DNA of 64,000 nucleotides from Myxococcota bacterium (GTDB lineage Bacteria; Myxococcota_A; UBA9160; UBA6930). Shown in pieces: positions 17,902-26,131 of the stretch. Position 1 is the stretch's first letter; each line of letters starts with the position of its first letter. Where the stretch lies: positions 1,312,001 to 1,376,000 of the forward strand of contig OZ245015.1 of the NCBI GenBank assembly GCA_965223705.1. The letters run 5' to 3'. Below the pieces are notes generated by a model, which saw nothing but the letters and a program-made list of their open reading frames with translations, ran no database searches and was not told the DNA's origin. The translations under genes and the position numbers were made by a program.

Positions 17902-18777
17902 CTAGTCGCCCCTTTTCCCGACGCGGGCGGGTTCGATCCCGTCGCGCAGGATCGAGACGGTCGGGCCTTGCGCGTAAAGCGGGATGCGATGGCCGATCCA
18001 ACCGTTCGGTTCCTTCGCTTCGAACCACACGGAGAACGTCGGCAAGAACGGCGAAGCCACGCGGCTGAAGAAGCCGAGGTCGATTGTGTACTGCACCTCG
18101 ATCACGCCACCGGTTCCCCGCGGTTTCTCGACAACCCGCGCCTTCGCGTCGATGATACGCGCGTCGGGACGACAGATCACGATCTGAAACGAGATGTGGT
18201 CGGTCTCTCCTTGGACCAGCGGCTGAAACAGGAGATGCAGTGGCACGTTCGCGATGCGATCGTCCTTGGGGAGGTCGATCTGCGTGCGTTGACCGTCTTT
18301 GTCGTGCGCCGCCGGCTCGCAGGTCGCAATGCCTTTTCGGTGATCGATGGTGAGAAGCCCGAGGGGGTTCCCATCGACGTCGACAGAACGGGACTCTTCG
18401 TAAACGGGACGCAACGTTCCGCTCTCGGTGGGCTCGAGTTTCACCGCGAAGCGCGTCGACGCGGACCCCTCGATCGCGCTCATCGCTTCGATGACGACCG
18501 TGCCATCCTCGGCGCGTCCGGCGCTGAACAGCGCGTCACCGAGTCGGATACCGGCGCCGTCGTAGGTGCCGGCGGTGACTTCGCCGAATTCGTTCATCAT
18601 CGGAAACTCGAAGGCGGACCCCGCCGAACCCGCCGTCGGCGCCGCGAACTGCAAAATCGCCGCGGCGAGTGCACACAGCAGTCGCACGGGGAAGTGGGCA
18701 GAGTCCGTCACGGCGCCAACCTTAGCGGAAATCATTGGGGCTCCGAGGTGGACGCGAGGAGCTCGAGAAAGATTCAT
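17902..18777 (-). CDS. Hypothetical exported protein (start uncertain)
   Basis: Fills the gap in a co-oriented cluster; signal-like segment RLLCALAAAILQFAAPTAGSA. Confidence 0.55.
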   Translation of the reverse strand: MNLSRAPRVHLGAPMISAKVGAVTDSAHFPVRLLCALAAAILQFAAPTAGSAGSAFEFPMMNEFGEVTAGTYDGAGIRLGDALFSAGRAEDGTVVIEAMSAIEGSASTRFAVKLEPTESGTLRPVYEESRSVDVDGNPLGLLTIDHRKGIATCEPAAHDKDGQRTQIDLPKDDRIANVPLHLLFQPLVQGETDHISFQIVICRPDARIIDAKARVVEKPRGTGGVIEVQYTIDLGFFSRVASPFLPTFSVWFEAKEPNGWIGHRIPLYAQGPTVSILRDGIEPARVGKRGD

Positions 18778-19670
18778 CGAGGCAGGATGCGATACACGGC
18801 GTTCGCGAAGTCGTCCGATACATACACCGCCCCGCGTGCTCCCTCGACGACGTCGACCGGACGTCCGACCACGTCACCGTCCTTGAGAAACCCCCAAACG
18901 AAATCCCGTTCGACGATGCTGCCGTCTTCTTGCCAGTGAAGCGCGGAAACCTTGTACCCGGCCTTGCGGCTGCGGTTCCAGGACCCATGAAGTGCAACGA
19001 GTGCGGCACCGCGGTAGGCCGGCGGCCCGGTGGGTCCGATGAAAGTGAGGCCCAGCGGCGCTTGATGGGCGCCGAAGCCGTGGACGGGGTCGACCGCCGC
19101 TTCGCAAGGGGGAAAATCGTCACCCAGATGATCTCGGCCGTTGTCCGTCGCGAACAGGACGCGCAGCGTCCGTGTCCAGTGGTTTCCGCCCGCCGGTAGA
19201 TCGTCTCGCAGATGATCGTAGTCGCCGTGGAGTTCGCGGGAGTCGACGTCGAAGCGGATGCGCCCGATCGCGTGCGCCTCCGCGACGTAGAGCCACCCGC
19301 CGTGAATGTCGAGTCCGTGAGGGCGTCGCAGGCCGCCGAGCAACACCCGCGCCCCGTCGGGCTCACCGCTGCCATCCTCGTCCGCCTCGAGAAGCACGAT
19401 CTCGCACGAGCCGGGAGAGCTCACCAACAGGTCGCCGCGCGAGGTCGGGCGCATCATTCGGGCGCCTCGAACCTCGGCGTAGTGGGCGATGGTGAACTCT
19501 GGAGGGACCCGGATCCGGCCTTCCCGGACCGCCTGCCTCGCGGATTCCGCATTCGCGGGCGTGGGCAGCGGTAAATTCACCTCATAGCCGCTCGGCACCC
19601 AGCTCGGGTAGGTCCCGACGAGGATCGCGACAACGATCAGGACGACCCCGGCGAGCAGACGACGGCGCAT
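18774..19670 (-). CDS. Glucose/sorbosone dehydrogenase (PQQ-type beta-propeller) family protein, apparently internally deleted
   Basis: N-terminal TM, LRRPHGL, GGNHWTRT, TDNGRD, AHQAPLGLTF, HGSWNRS, GRPVDV, YVSDD; only 298 aa. Confidence 0.75.
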   Translation of the reverse strand: MRRRLLAGVVLIVVAILVGTYPSWVPSGYEVNLPLPTPANAESARQAVREGRIRVPPEFTIAHYAEVRGARMMRPTSRGDLLVSSPGSCEIVLLEADEDGSGEPDGARVLLGGLRRPHGLDIHGGWLYVAEAHAIGRIRFDVDSRELHGDYDHLRDDLPAGGNHWTRTLRVLFATDNGRDHLGDDFPPCEAAVDPVHGFGAHQAPLGLTFIGPTGPPAYRGAALVALHGSWNRSRKAGYKVSALHWQEDGSIVERDFVWGFLKDGDVVGRPVDVVEGARGAVYVSDDFANAVYRILPR

Positions 19671-19745
19671 GGGCGGAGGATACCCACTGAGGGTTGACGG
19701 CGGCGCGCCGGCGAGGCACCTATACGCGCTCCAGGGAGACCGTTC

Positions 19746-20081
19746 ATGGCACAGCGCATCCGTAAGGGAGATCTCGTCGAGGTGATCTCCGGAGCCGACC
19801 GAGGCAAGCAGGGCCGCGTCACCGAGGTGCGGGGCGCCGACCGGAAGGTTCGCGTCGAGGGCGTGCGCGTCCAGAAGCGGCACTTGAAACCCGGACGCGG
19901 AGGCGCTCGCGCCGGCGGCATCGTCGACCGCGAAGGGTTCGTCGACGCGTCGACCGTCATGCTCGTCGATCCCAGCGACAACAAGCCGAGTCGCACACGT
20001 GTCGAAGAGCGCGACGGGCGGCGGGTGCGCGTTTTCGTCCGCAGCGGTGGGACGGTTCCCGAGCCCACCGTCGCCCCGTAA
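19746..20081 (+). CDS. rplX: 50S ribosomal protein L24 (outside the spc operon)
   Basis: IRKGDLVEVISGADRGKQGRV (KOW), VEGVRVQKRHLKP, GGIVDREG, VMLVDP. Confidence 0.9.
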   Translation: MAQRIRKGDLVEVISGADRGKQGRVTEVRGADRKVRVEGVRVQKRHLKPGRGGARAGGIVDREGFVDASTVMLVDPSDNKPSRTRVEERDGRRVRVFVRSGGTVPEPTVAP

Positions 20082-20090
20082 GGAGTCTCC

Positions 20091-20261
20091 ATGGCGAAAA
20101 AAGGCAAGCGCGAAAAGATCAAGCTCGAGTCGACAGCCGGTACGGGCCATTTCTATACGACGACCAAGAACAAAACGAACACGCCCGACAAACTGGAATT
20201 CAAGAAGTACGACCCGGTCGCGCGCAAACACGTCGTCTACAAAGAAACGAAACTGAAGTAA
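20091..20261 (+). CDS. rpmG: 50S ribosomal protein L33, cysteine-free (C-) type
   Basis: Not in the ORF track; manual translation [64 protein letters not shown]. Confidence 0.95.
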   Translation: MAKKGKREKIKLESTAGTGHFYTTTKNKTNTPDKLEFKKYDPVARKHVVYKETKLK

Positions 20262-20316
20262 CTCGCCTTCTTCCCGCGGGGGTGTGCCCGCGAAATGGAG
20301 GGGGTAGCGTCGCCGC

Positions 20317-20967
20317 ATGGGCCGCAGTAGCGACGCGCGCGAACGACTCCTGCAAGCTGCGTGTGAATTGTTTCACGAGCGCGGCTACCGCGGTGTCGGC
20401 GTGCAGGAGCTCTGCGACCAAGCGGGAGTGAAGAAGGGCAGCTTCTATCACTTCTTCCCGTCGAAGCAGGACTTGGCCTTGGCCATGCTCGAAAGGCTTT
20501 GGCGAACGACCCGAGAAAAGCAGTTCGAACCCGCGTTCGCTCGCGACGTGTTGCCCCTCGCGCGAATCGCGCGTTTCTTTTCGCAGCTCGGTCGCCACTT
20601 GTTGGAGTCGGTGACAGACGACGGCGCCATTTGCGGGTGCCCCTTCGGCAATATCGCCATGGAGATGTCCGCCCAGGATCCCGTTTTGCGGGAAGCCGTC
20701 GAAGAGATCTACCGCGCATGGGCGGGCTACTTCGAAAGGACGTTGGCCGAAGCGCAGGCGATCGGTGAGCTCGGTGACCTCGACGTCGAGGCCGCGGCAC
20801 AGAGCCTCGTCGCCTTTACTTCCGGGCTCGTGCTCCTCGCGAAGACGAAGAACACCGTCGATATCGTCGAGACGCTGGCCGCCCGGGCGCTGGCCTTGCT
20901 CGGCGTACACCCCGACGAGTACCAGGCTCGCCACGCGCCGGCTCAGGCACCCGTCGCGGCGCTTTAG
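20317..20967 (+). CDS. TetR/AcrR family regulator (NemR-like)
   Basis: ARERLLQAACELFHERGY..GVKKGSFYHFFPSKQDL; GCPFGNIAME. Confidence 0.92.
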   Translation: MGRSSDARERLLQAACELFHERGYRGVGVQELCDQAGVKKGSFYHFFPSKQDLALAMLERLWRTTREKQFEPAFARDVLPLARIARFFSQLGRHLLESVTDDGAICGCPFGNIAMEMSAQDPVLREAVEEIYRAWAGYFERTLAEAQAIGELGDLDVEAAAQSLVAFTSGLVLLAKTKNTVDIVETLAARALALLGVHPDEYQARHAPAQAPVAAL

Positions 20968-21101
20968 ACCGCCGCCTCGTCGAACGCGCGCCGGAGCGCT
21001 CTAAACCGCCGCCTCGTCAAACGCGCGCCGGAGCGCTCTAAACCGCCGCCTCGTCAAACGCGCGCCGGAGCGCTCTAAACCGCCGCCTCGTCAAACGCGC
21101 G
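20964..21101. repeat. 37-bp tandem repeat, about 3.7 copies, at the convergent tetR/aroE junction
   Basis: CTAAACCGCCGCCTCGTCAAACGCGCGCCGGAGCGCT exact at 21001 and 21038, 27-nt partial at 21075, 3-mismatch copy at 20964. Confidence 0.95.
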
Positions 21102-21908
21102 GGCCATCACGTCCGCCGGGGCGTCGAGGCCCGTCCACAAGCGAATCTGCTCGACGGCCTGGGCGACAAGCATCCACTTGCCACCCACCGTCCGAGCCCC
21201 GCGACGACGCGCGTTTCGCAAGAGCCGGGTGTCTTCCGGAGCGTAGACCGCGTCGAGGACCACGGCGTTCTCCGGGGTGGCGTCGTCGGGGATCGGTGAT
21301 TCGTCGCTTCCCATGCCGACACTCGTCGTATTGACCAACACGTCGAATGCCACGTCGCGGATGTCGTCCAGTGCGCCGCTGCTTCCGGCGCCGAGCGCCG
21401 TGCACAGCGCTGCCGCGCGCGACGGGTTGCGGTTCAGGACCGTGACGCTCGCGCCCGCGCGCAACAAGGCGAAGGTCACCGCGCGAGCCGTTCCGCCCGC
21501 CCCCAATACGACGGCCCGCTTGCCATCGAGCTCCGTCTCGCGCTCGAGTGCCCGCAGTGCGCCGATCCAATCGGTGTTTGCCCCGCGCAGCGTTCCCTCG
21601 TGGAGCGTCACGGTATTCAAGGCACCGATCGCCTCCGCGGTGTCGTCCAGGGTGTCGACCAGCGCGAGGGCCGCTTCCTTGTGAGGTACCGAGACGGCGA
21701 GCTGACGGAACCCGAGCGCAAGCGCGCCTCGGAAAGCGGCCTCGAGTGCGTCCGGAGCCACGTCGAACGCGAGGTAGCGCGCGTCGATGCCGAGCACTTC
21801 GAACGCGGCGTTGTGCATCGCCGGCGAGCGCGTGTGGCCCGAGGGGTGAAGCACGATGCCGCAGAGTTGCGTGGCGGGAGAAAGCGGAGGTTGGGCGATA
21901 CGGGTCAC
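21075..21908 (-). CDS. aroE: Shikimate dehydrogenase
   Basis: HTRSPAMHNAAF, VSVPHK, IGALNT, NTDWIG, LGAGGTARA, NTTSVGM, MLVAQAVEQ. Confidence 0.93.
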   Translation of the reverse strand: MTRIAQPPLSPATQLCGIVLHPSGHTRSPAMHNAAFEVLGIDARYLAFDVAPDALEAAFRGALALGFRQLAVSVPHKEAALALVDTLDDTAEAIGALNTVTLHEGTLRGANTDWIGALRALERETELDGKRAVVLGAGGTARAVTFALLRAGASVTVLNRNPSRAAALCTALGAGSSGALDDIRDVAFDVLVNTTSVGMGSDESPIPDDATPENAVVLDAVYAPEDTRLLRNARRRGARTVGGKWMLVAQAVEQIRLWTGLDAPADVMARAFDEAAV

Positions 21909-22000
21909 ATCGAGCAGGCTACCCTATCGGCGACCGATCACAGTACACTCCGCCGCAGGCTTCGCGCCTTTCACAACACCACTGAGGGAGAGGGTTTCCG

Positions 22001-22486
22001 TTGTCCGATTCGTCCGCTCGAGTTGCCGTCTTGATGGGAAGCAAAAACGATTTCGAGATCATGCGCGCCGCGCCCGACACGCTCGACGCACTGGGCATCG
22101 CGAGCGACGTCCGTGTGATTTCGGCTCACCGGACGCCGGAACGGCTGACCGCTTTCTTGGCCACCGCAGAAGAAGAGGGGATCGAGGTCGTCATCTGCGG
22201 CGCGGGTAGCGCAGCGCACTTGGCCGGTGTCACGGCGGCCCACACGCTATTGCCCGTACTCGGCGTCCCGATCGAAAGCTCTCCGCTAAACGGCCTCGAC
22301 GCTCTCCTCGCAACCGTGCAGATGCCCGGCGGGATCCCGGTCGGGACCCTTGCGATCGGTAAGTCCGGAGCCAAGAACGCGGCCCTACTCGCCGCCGCCA
22401 TTATCGCGCGCAAGGACCCCGAGGTTCGAGAGCGCTTGGTGAAATTCCGAGAAGAACAATCCGCGGCGGTCCCCGAGCGTCCCTAA
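22001..22486 (+). CDS. purE: N5-CAIR mutase
   Basis: MGSKND, SAHRTP, AGSAAHLAG, VQMPGGIPVGT; TTG start after GGGAG. Confidence 0.96.
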   Translation: MSDSSARVAVLMGSKNDFEIMRAAPDTLDALGIASDVRVISAHRTPERLTAFLATAEEEGIEVVICGAGSAAHLAGVTAAHTLLPVLGVPIESSPLNGLDALLATVQMPGGIPVGTLAIGKSGAKNAALLAAAIIARKDPEVRERLVKFREEQSAAVPERP

Positions 22487-22494
22487 GCGGCCGC

Positions 22495-22773
22495 TCAATC
22501 CGCGCGCGGCCTCCGCAGATCGGCGAGGCGCAACACCGCGCCGGCGACCATGAGCCCCGCCGCCGCCGGGAATCCGTACTGGAGAATCCAGTCGGGAGCC
22601 GGGGCATCCGGGCTCCCGCGCTCCTCTCTCGCGGCCGGGTCGTCCCAGGGCTCGGACGCACCGAGTTCGACCTGCTCGGTGGTGTCGAAGAGGCCGCCGC
22701 GCGCCACGATCGCCGTACCCATAACGATTGTCAGGAGCAGGCCCGTGACGAAGCAAAGCGTGGAAGCGCGCAT
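22495..22773 (-). CDS. Small hypothetical two-TM membrane protein
   Basis: ATG 22773 MRASTLCFVTGLLLTIVMGTAIV...QYGFPAAAGLMVAGAVL; directly downstream of UDG. Confidence 0.5.
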   Translation of the reverse strand: MRASTLCFVTGLLLTIVMGTAIVARGGLFDTTEQVELGASEPWDDPAAREERGSPDAPAPDWILQYGFPAAAGLMVAGAVLRLADLRRPRAD

Positions 22774-22790
22774 CGGAACCCCTGTTCGAG

Positions 22791-23510
22791 CTAGCTGCGG
22801 GTTCGCTCGAGGGCCGCTTTGAGGTCTTCCCAGACCAGGCGGCGATTTTCCTCGGTGTACTGACGCAAGATGAAGGCGGGGTGGAGCGTCGGCATCACCG
22901 GAATGTCCGCATAGGTGTGCCAGGTCCCGCGTACTTTCGTGATCGCGATATCTCGTCCAAGCAGCAGGCTCGAGGCCGGCTTCCCCAGCGTGACGATTAC
23001 CTTGGGCGCAACCGCCTCGATCTGTCCGTCGAGAAATCCGCGACAGGTGCTGACTTCGTCCGCGAGGGGCGTGCGGTTCTTCGGCGGCCGACACTTGACG
23101 ATGTTGCAGATGTAGACGTCGCCGCGGGAAATCCCGAGGCCCTTCTCGATCATTCGCGTCAGGAGCTCGCCCGCCCGCCCCACGAACGGCACGCCGCGCA
23201 GGTCTTCCTGTTCGCCCGGGCCTTCGCCGACAAACATGAGATCCGCGTTCGGGTTCCCGTCTCCAAAGACGATTTGCGTGCGGGCTTCGTGCAGCCTGCA
23301 TCGCGTGCAGTCCCCGATTTCGGCACGAACGTCATCGAGCGACCGTTCCGTCGCGCGTTTCAGAGCGAGGGATGGCTGGTCAGACGCTTCGGGAGTCGGG
23401 GGAGGCGTCGGCGCTCGGCGGATGGTTCCTTCGAAGCCTTCCTCGACGAGCTCGCCGACGAAGGCGCGCGCCGCGTCGAGGAGATCGCGTTGTTCGGCCG
23501 AGCGGTTCAG
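22791..23510 (-). CDS. Uracil-DNA glycosylase family 4 (4Fe-4S), probable CTG start
   Basis: [24 protein letters not shown]; frame open upstream through GDCTRCRLH to CTG 23510, which overlaps the upstream TGA and has GGAG 7 nt before it. Confidence 0.88.
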   Translation of the reverse strand: MNRSAEQRDLLDAARAFVGELVEEGFEGTIRRAPTPPPTPEASDQPSLALKRATERSLDDVRAEIGDCTRCRLHEARTQIVFGDGNPNADLMFVGEGPGEQEDLRGVPFVGRAGELLTRMIEKGLGISRGDVYICNIVKCRPPKNRTPLADEVSTCRGFLDGQIEAVAPKVIVTLGKPASSLLLGRDIAITKVRGTWHTYADIPVMPTLHPAFILRQYTEENRRLVWEDLKAALERTRS

Positions 23511-25510
23511 GGACGTTCTCCGTCGAGCTGGCGGAAAGCGTGCTCGATGGTTTGGTCGACGGAAGCCGGCGGATCGAGCCGCGCACTTCCGACCGTACCG
23601 TGCCGCTGATGCTCGATCTTTTCTTCGACCTCGAACTCGAAGCCGGGATCATTGGCGTCGTCGTGGCACCCGCCGCAGATCTGGAGAATCACACACGAGT
23701 CGCACTTGTCGGTGAGCGCGAGAATGGTGCCCTTCTTCGCCGCTTCCGGAGGGACGTGGTCACCACCGGGGCCGTGACACGATTCGCACCCGACGCGCGC
23801 GAGGTCCGGATGATCGGCCATGCTGCCGTTCGCAGGGAAGCCTCCGGCCTTGTCGTACGCTGTCGTGTGACAGCTGACACACGCGGCGTTGCCTTCTTCG
23901 CCTCGGCTCACAAGCGTTTCAAAAGCCTTCGCGTGTGGATGCTTCGCCCACGTGTCGAACTCCGCTGCGTGGCACGACTGGCACGCGTCTGAGCCCACGT
24001 AGTCCGCCTTGGTCGGAAGCAGGGCCGCTCGCGTTTCGCGGCGCTTCGCGATGAGCGCTTTCTTTTCTTCCACGGAAAGTGCCGCGAACGCCGCGTTTGC
24101 CGCGTGGGATACTTTCGGCACAAAGCTCGTGTAGTCGAAACCGAGGGAGTGCTTCGTGTCGTGGCACGTTACGCACACCGGCGCGTAGTTGTTGTTCTCG
24201 ACGAAGTCCTTCGAAAGATGCGGGCCGCCCCGCCCGTGGCAGCTTTCGCAACCGACGTCTTCGAGGCCCGGGTTCGGGCGATCGAGCGAGTACCCTCCCG
24301 TTTCTCCGTATCCCACCACGTGGCATCCCACGCACTCGGGGTCGGTCTCCGCGCCGTGCTTCACCAACGTGTCGTAGGCGGAAGCGTGGTTGGTGAGCAG
24401 CCACGTGTCGTGCTGCTGTTCGTGGCAGGTGACGCAAATCTCGTTGCCGCTGTAGCCCTTTCCGTTGAGGAGCATCGGGACGCGTCGGCCTGAGACCTGC
24501 GCGAGACGCATCTTCTGCAACGCCGGTTCGCGGTGATGGCGCCAACCTTCGACCCGTGAGTGGATGCGGCCCTCGGCGTCGATCAGAAACGACGTCGGCA
24601 CCGAGGAGAGTCCGCCGAACGCCTCGCGGATCTTGCCGTCGGGATCTCCGTAGGGGGAGAAGAAACGGATTCCCTCGCTCGCGAGGGAGGCCTCCACCGC
24701 GCTCCGGTCCGATCGAAGCGACAGGCCGACGAACAGCGGGCGCCCGTCTTCGGGAAGGTTTTCGAACTCTTCCTGGTAGAAGCGCAAAGCCTCGTGGCAG
24801 TGCGGACACGTGTGGAGAAAAAACACGAGCAAGACCGGTCGGCCTTTCGCTTTGGCGAGCTCGAACGTCGTTTTGCCGTCGAGGGTCTTGGCCGTGAAGT
24901 CCGGGGCGGCCGGTTTCGCTTCGAGGCCCGCAGCCCCGAACGCTTCTTCTTGCGGAAGCCGGAGCCAGTCGCGCATGACTCTCGCGATACCGGCCTTCGC
25001 CTTGTCCGCGGGCTGTCCGCCCGTCTGGATCGGCCCGCCGCGCTGCATGACGCCTTTCGCGTCCGCGAGGAAGAGGGCCGCGGGTTGTGTCGCACCCAGT
25101 TTCCTCGCGAGCGCGAGTTCGTTGTCCTCGAAAACGGGGAAATCAAAAGCGAGCTCTTCCGCGAGCATGTAGGCAGCGCCGCCGCCGCGGGCGACGCCGA
25201 CGATCTCGAAATTGTGCTCGGATCGGTACGGTGCGATCTCGCCGATCGCCGCCGCCGCCGCTTTTCCATCGGAGTGCTTCGCGTCGAACACGAGAATCAG
25301 GAGGCGCTTGCCCATCAGACTCGAAATGGAGAGCGACTGCCCGTCCAGGGTCGCGCCGGTGTGAGCGGGGAGCAGTCGGTTTGATTTCGCGCCGCCCGCC
25401 GCGAAAGCGAGGAGTGCCAAGCCCTGTAGCAAGACCACGGCGAGCGCCAGTCGAAATCGCCCGCGAGAGTTGGCAGCGCCACCCCGTCGGCCGTGTCGGG
25501 ACTCAGTCAA
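23507..25510 (-). CDS. Exported fusion: two thioredoxin-fold (redoxin) domains plus octaheme cytochrome c (two c554-like tetraheme repeats)
   Basis: Signal/[22 protein letters not shown]; eight CxxCH: CVTCH, CVGCH, CESCH, CVTCH, CQSCH, CVSCH, CESCH, CGGCH. Confidence 0.85.
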   Translation of the reverse strand: MTESRHGRRGGAANSRGRFRLALAVVLLQGLALLAFAAGGAKSNRLLPAHTGATLDGQSLSISSLMGKRLLILVFDAKHSDGKAAAAAIGEIAPYRSEHNFEIVGVARGGGAAYMLAEELAFDFPVFEDNELALARKLGATQPAALFLADAKGVMQRGGPIQTGGQPADKAKAGIARVMRDWLRLPQEEAFGAAGLEAKPAAPDFTAKTLDGKTTFELAKAKGRPVLLVFFLHTCPHCHEALRFYQEEFENLPEDGRPLFVGLSLRSDRSAVEASLASEGIRFFSPYGDPDGKIREAFGGLSSVPTSFLIDAEGRIHSRVEGWRHHREPALQKMRLAQVSGRRVPMLLNGKGYSGNEICVTCHEQQHDTWLLTNHASAYDTLVKHGAETDPECVGCHVVGYGETGGYSLDRPNPGLEDVGCESCHGRGGPHLSKDFVENNNYAPVCVTCHDTKHSLGFDYTSFVPKVSHAANAAFAALSVEEKKALIAKRRETRAALLPTKADYVGSDACQSCHAAEFDTWAKHPHAKAFETLVSRGEEGNAACVSCHTTAYDKAGGFPANGSMADHPDLARVGCESCHGPGGDHVPPEAAKKGTILALTDKCDSCVILQICGGCHDDANDPGFEFEVEEKIEHQRHGTVGSARLDPPASVDQTIEHAFRQLDGERP

Positions 25511-25618
25511 ACCAGTTGCCCTCCCATCCCCGCGGAGCGTAACGGAGCGGATTCGGCCTCGCCCGGCGAGAACGTTGGCGTAGAGATCACCGCGCTCCGC
25601 CGTCCAGTTGGCGTGGAG

Positions 25619-26131
25619 CTAGCCGCGCTCCGCCTTCCAGGTGGTGAGTGTTTCGCGGAACATCTCGTTGCCCGGCTCGTAGGTCACGGCTGTCTGGAGA
25701 TTGCGAATCGCCGCCGTCAGGTTGCCCGCCCGATAGTCCGCTTGAGCCATCTGGAAGAAGCGCCGGCCGTTGGGGGTGCTGCCGGTGTCGGCTTCCTCCG
25801 CTCGCTCAGCCTGTCGCTCCGCTTCGACGAGCTGGAGGCGCACAGCTTCTCCGTTCTCTTCGAGGCGCTCGTCATAGACACGGCGGCGCCTCGGGTCTCG
25901 GAGAACGGAGTAGGCCTCCGCGACACGTTTGGCGATGCGTTCGATGTCCTGGCGAAGGGTCGAATCGAGGTTGCGACTCGCGTCCGGATGGAAGCGACGA
26001 CGCACCTGGTGATAGCCCTTGCGCACTTCAGCGACCGAGGCGTTGCGCGCAACTTCGAGCAGCTCGTAGTAATTGAGTTCGTCAACCATGCGAGCCAAGG
26101 CGTGGACTTCTGCGGCGGCCGCTTCGCTCAT
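25619..26131 (-). CDS. J-domain (DnaJ-like) protein with C-terminal TPR
   Basis: NYYELLEV, RRFHPD, EAYSVLRDPRRRRVYD; TPR-like AQADYRAGNLTAAIRNLQTAVTYEPGN; ATGA-coupled to the Hsp70 gene. Confidence 0.9.
   Translation of the reverse strand: MSEAAAAEVHALARMVDELNYYELLEVARNASVAEVRKGYHQVRRRFHPDASRNLDSTLRQDIERIAKRVAEAYSVLRDPRRRRVYDERLEENGEAVRLQLVEAERQAERAEEADTGSTPNGRRFFQMAQADYRAGNLTAAIRNLQTAVTYEPGNEMFRETLTTWKAERG

Noticed and set aside
18774..20318. 514-aa ORF-track call as one protein
   Set aside because: The N-terminal 216 aa are antisense to rplX/rpmG; the real gene most likely starts at 19670
20964..21101. 37-bp repeats as a CRISPR array
   Set aside because: Units are head-to-tail with no unique spacers, derive from aroE, and no cas genes are nearby
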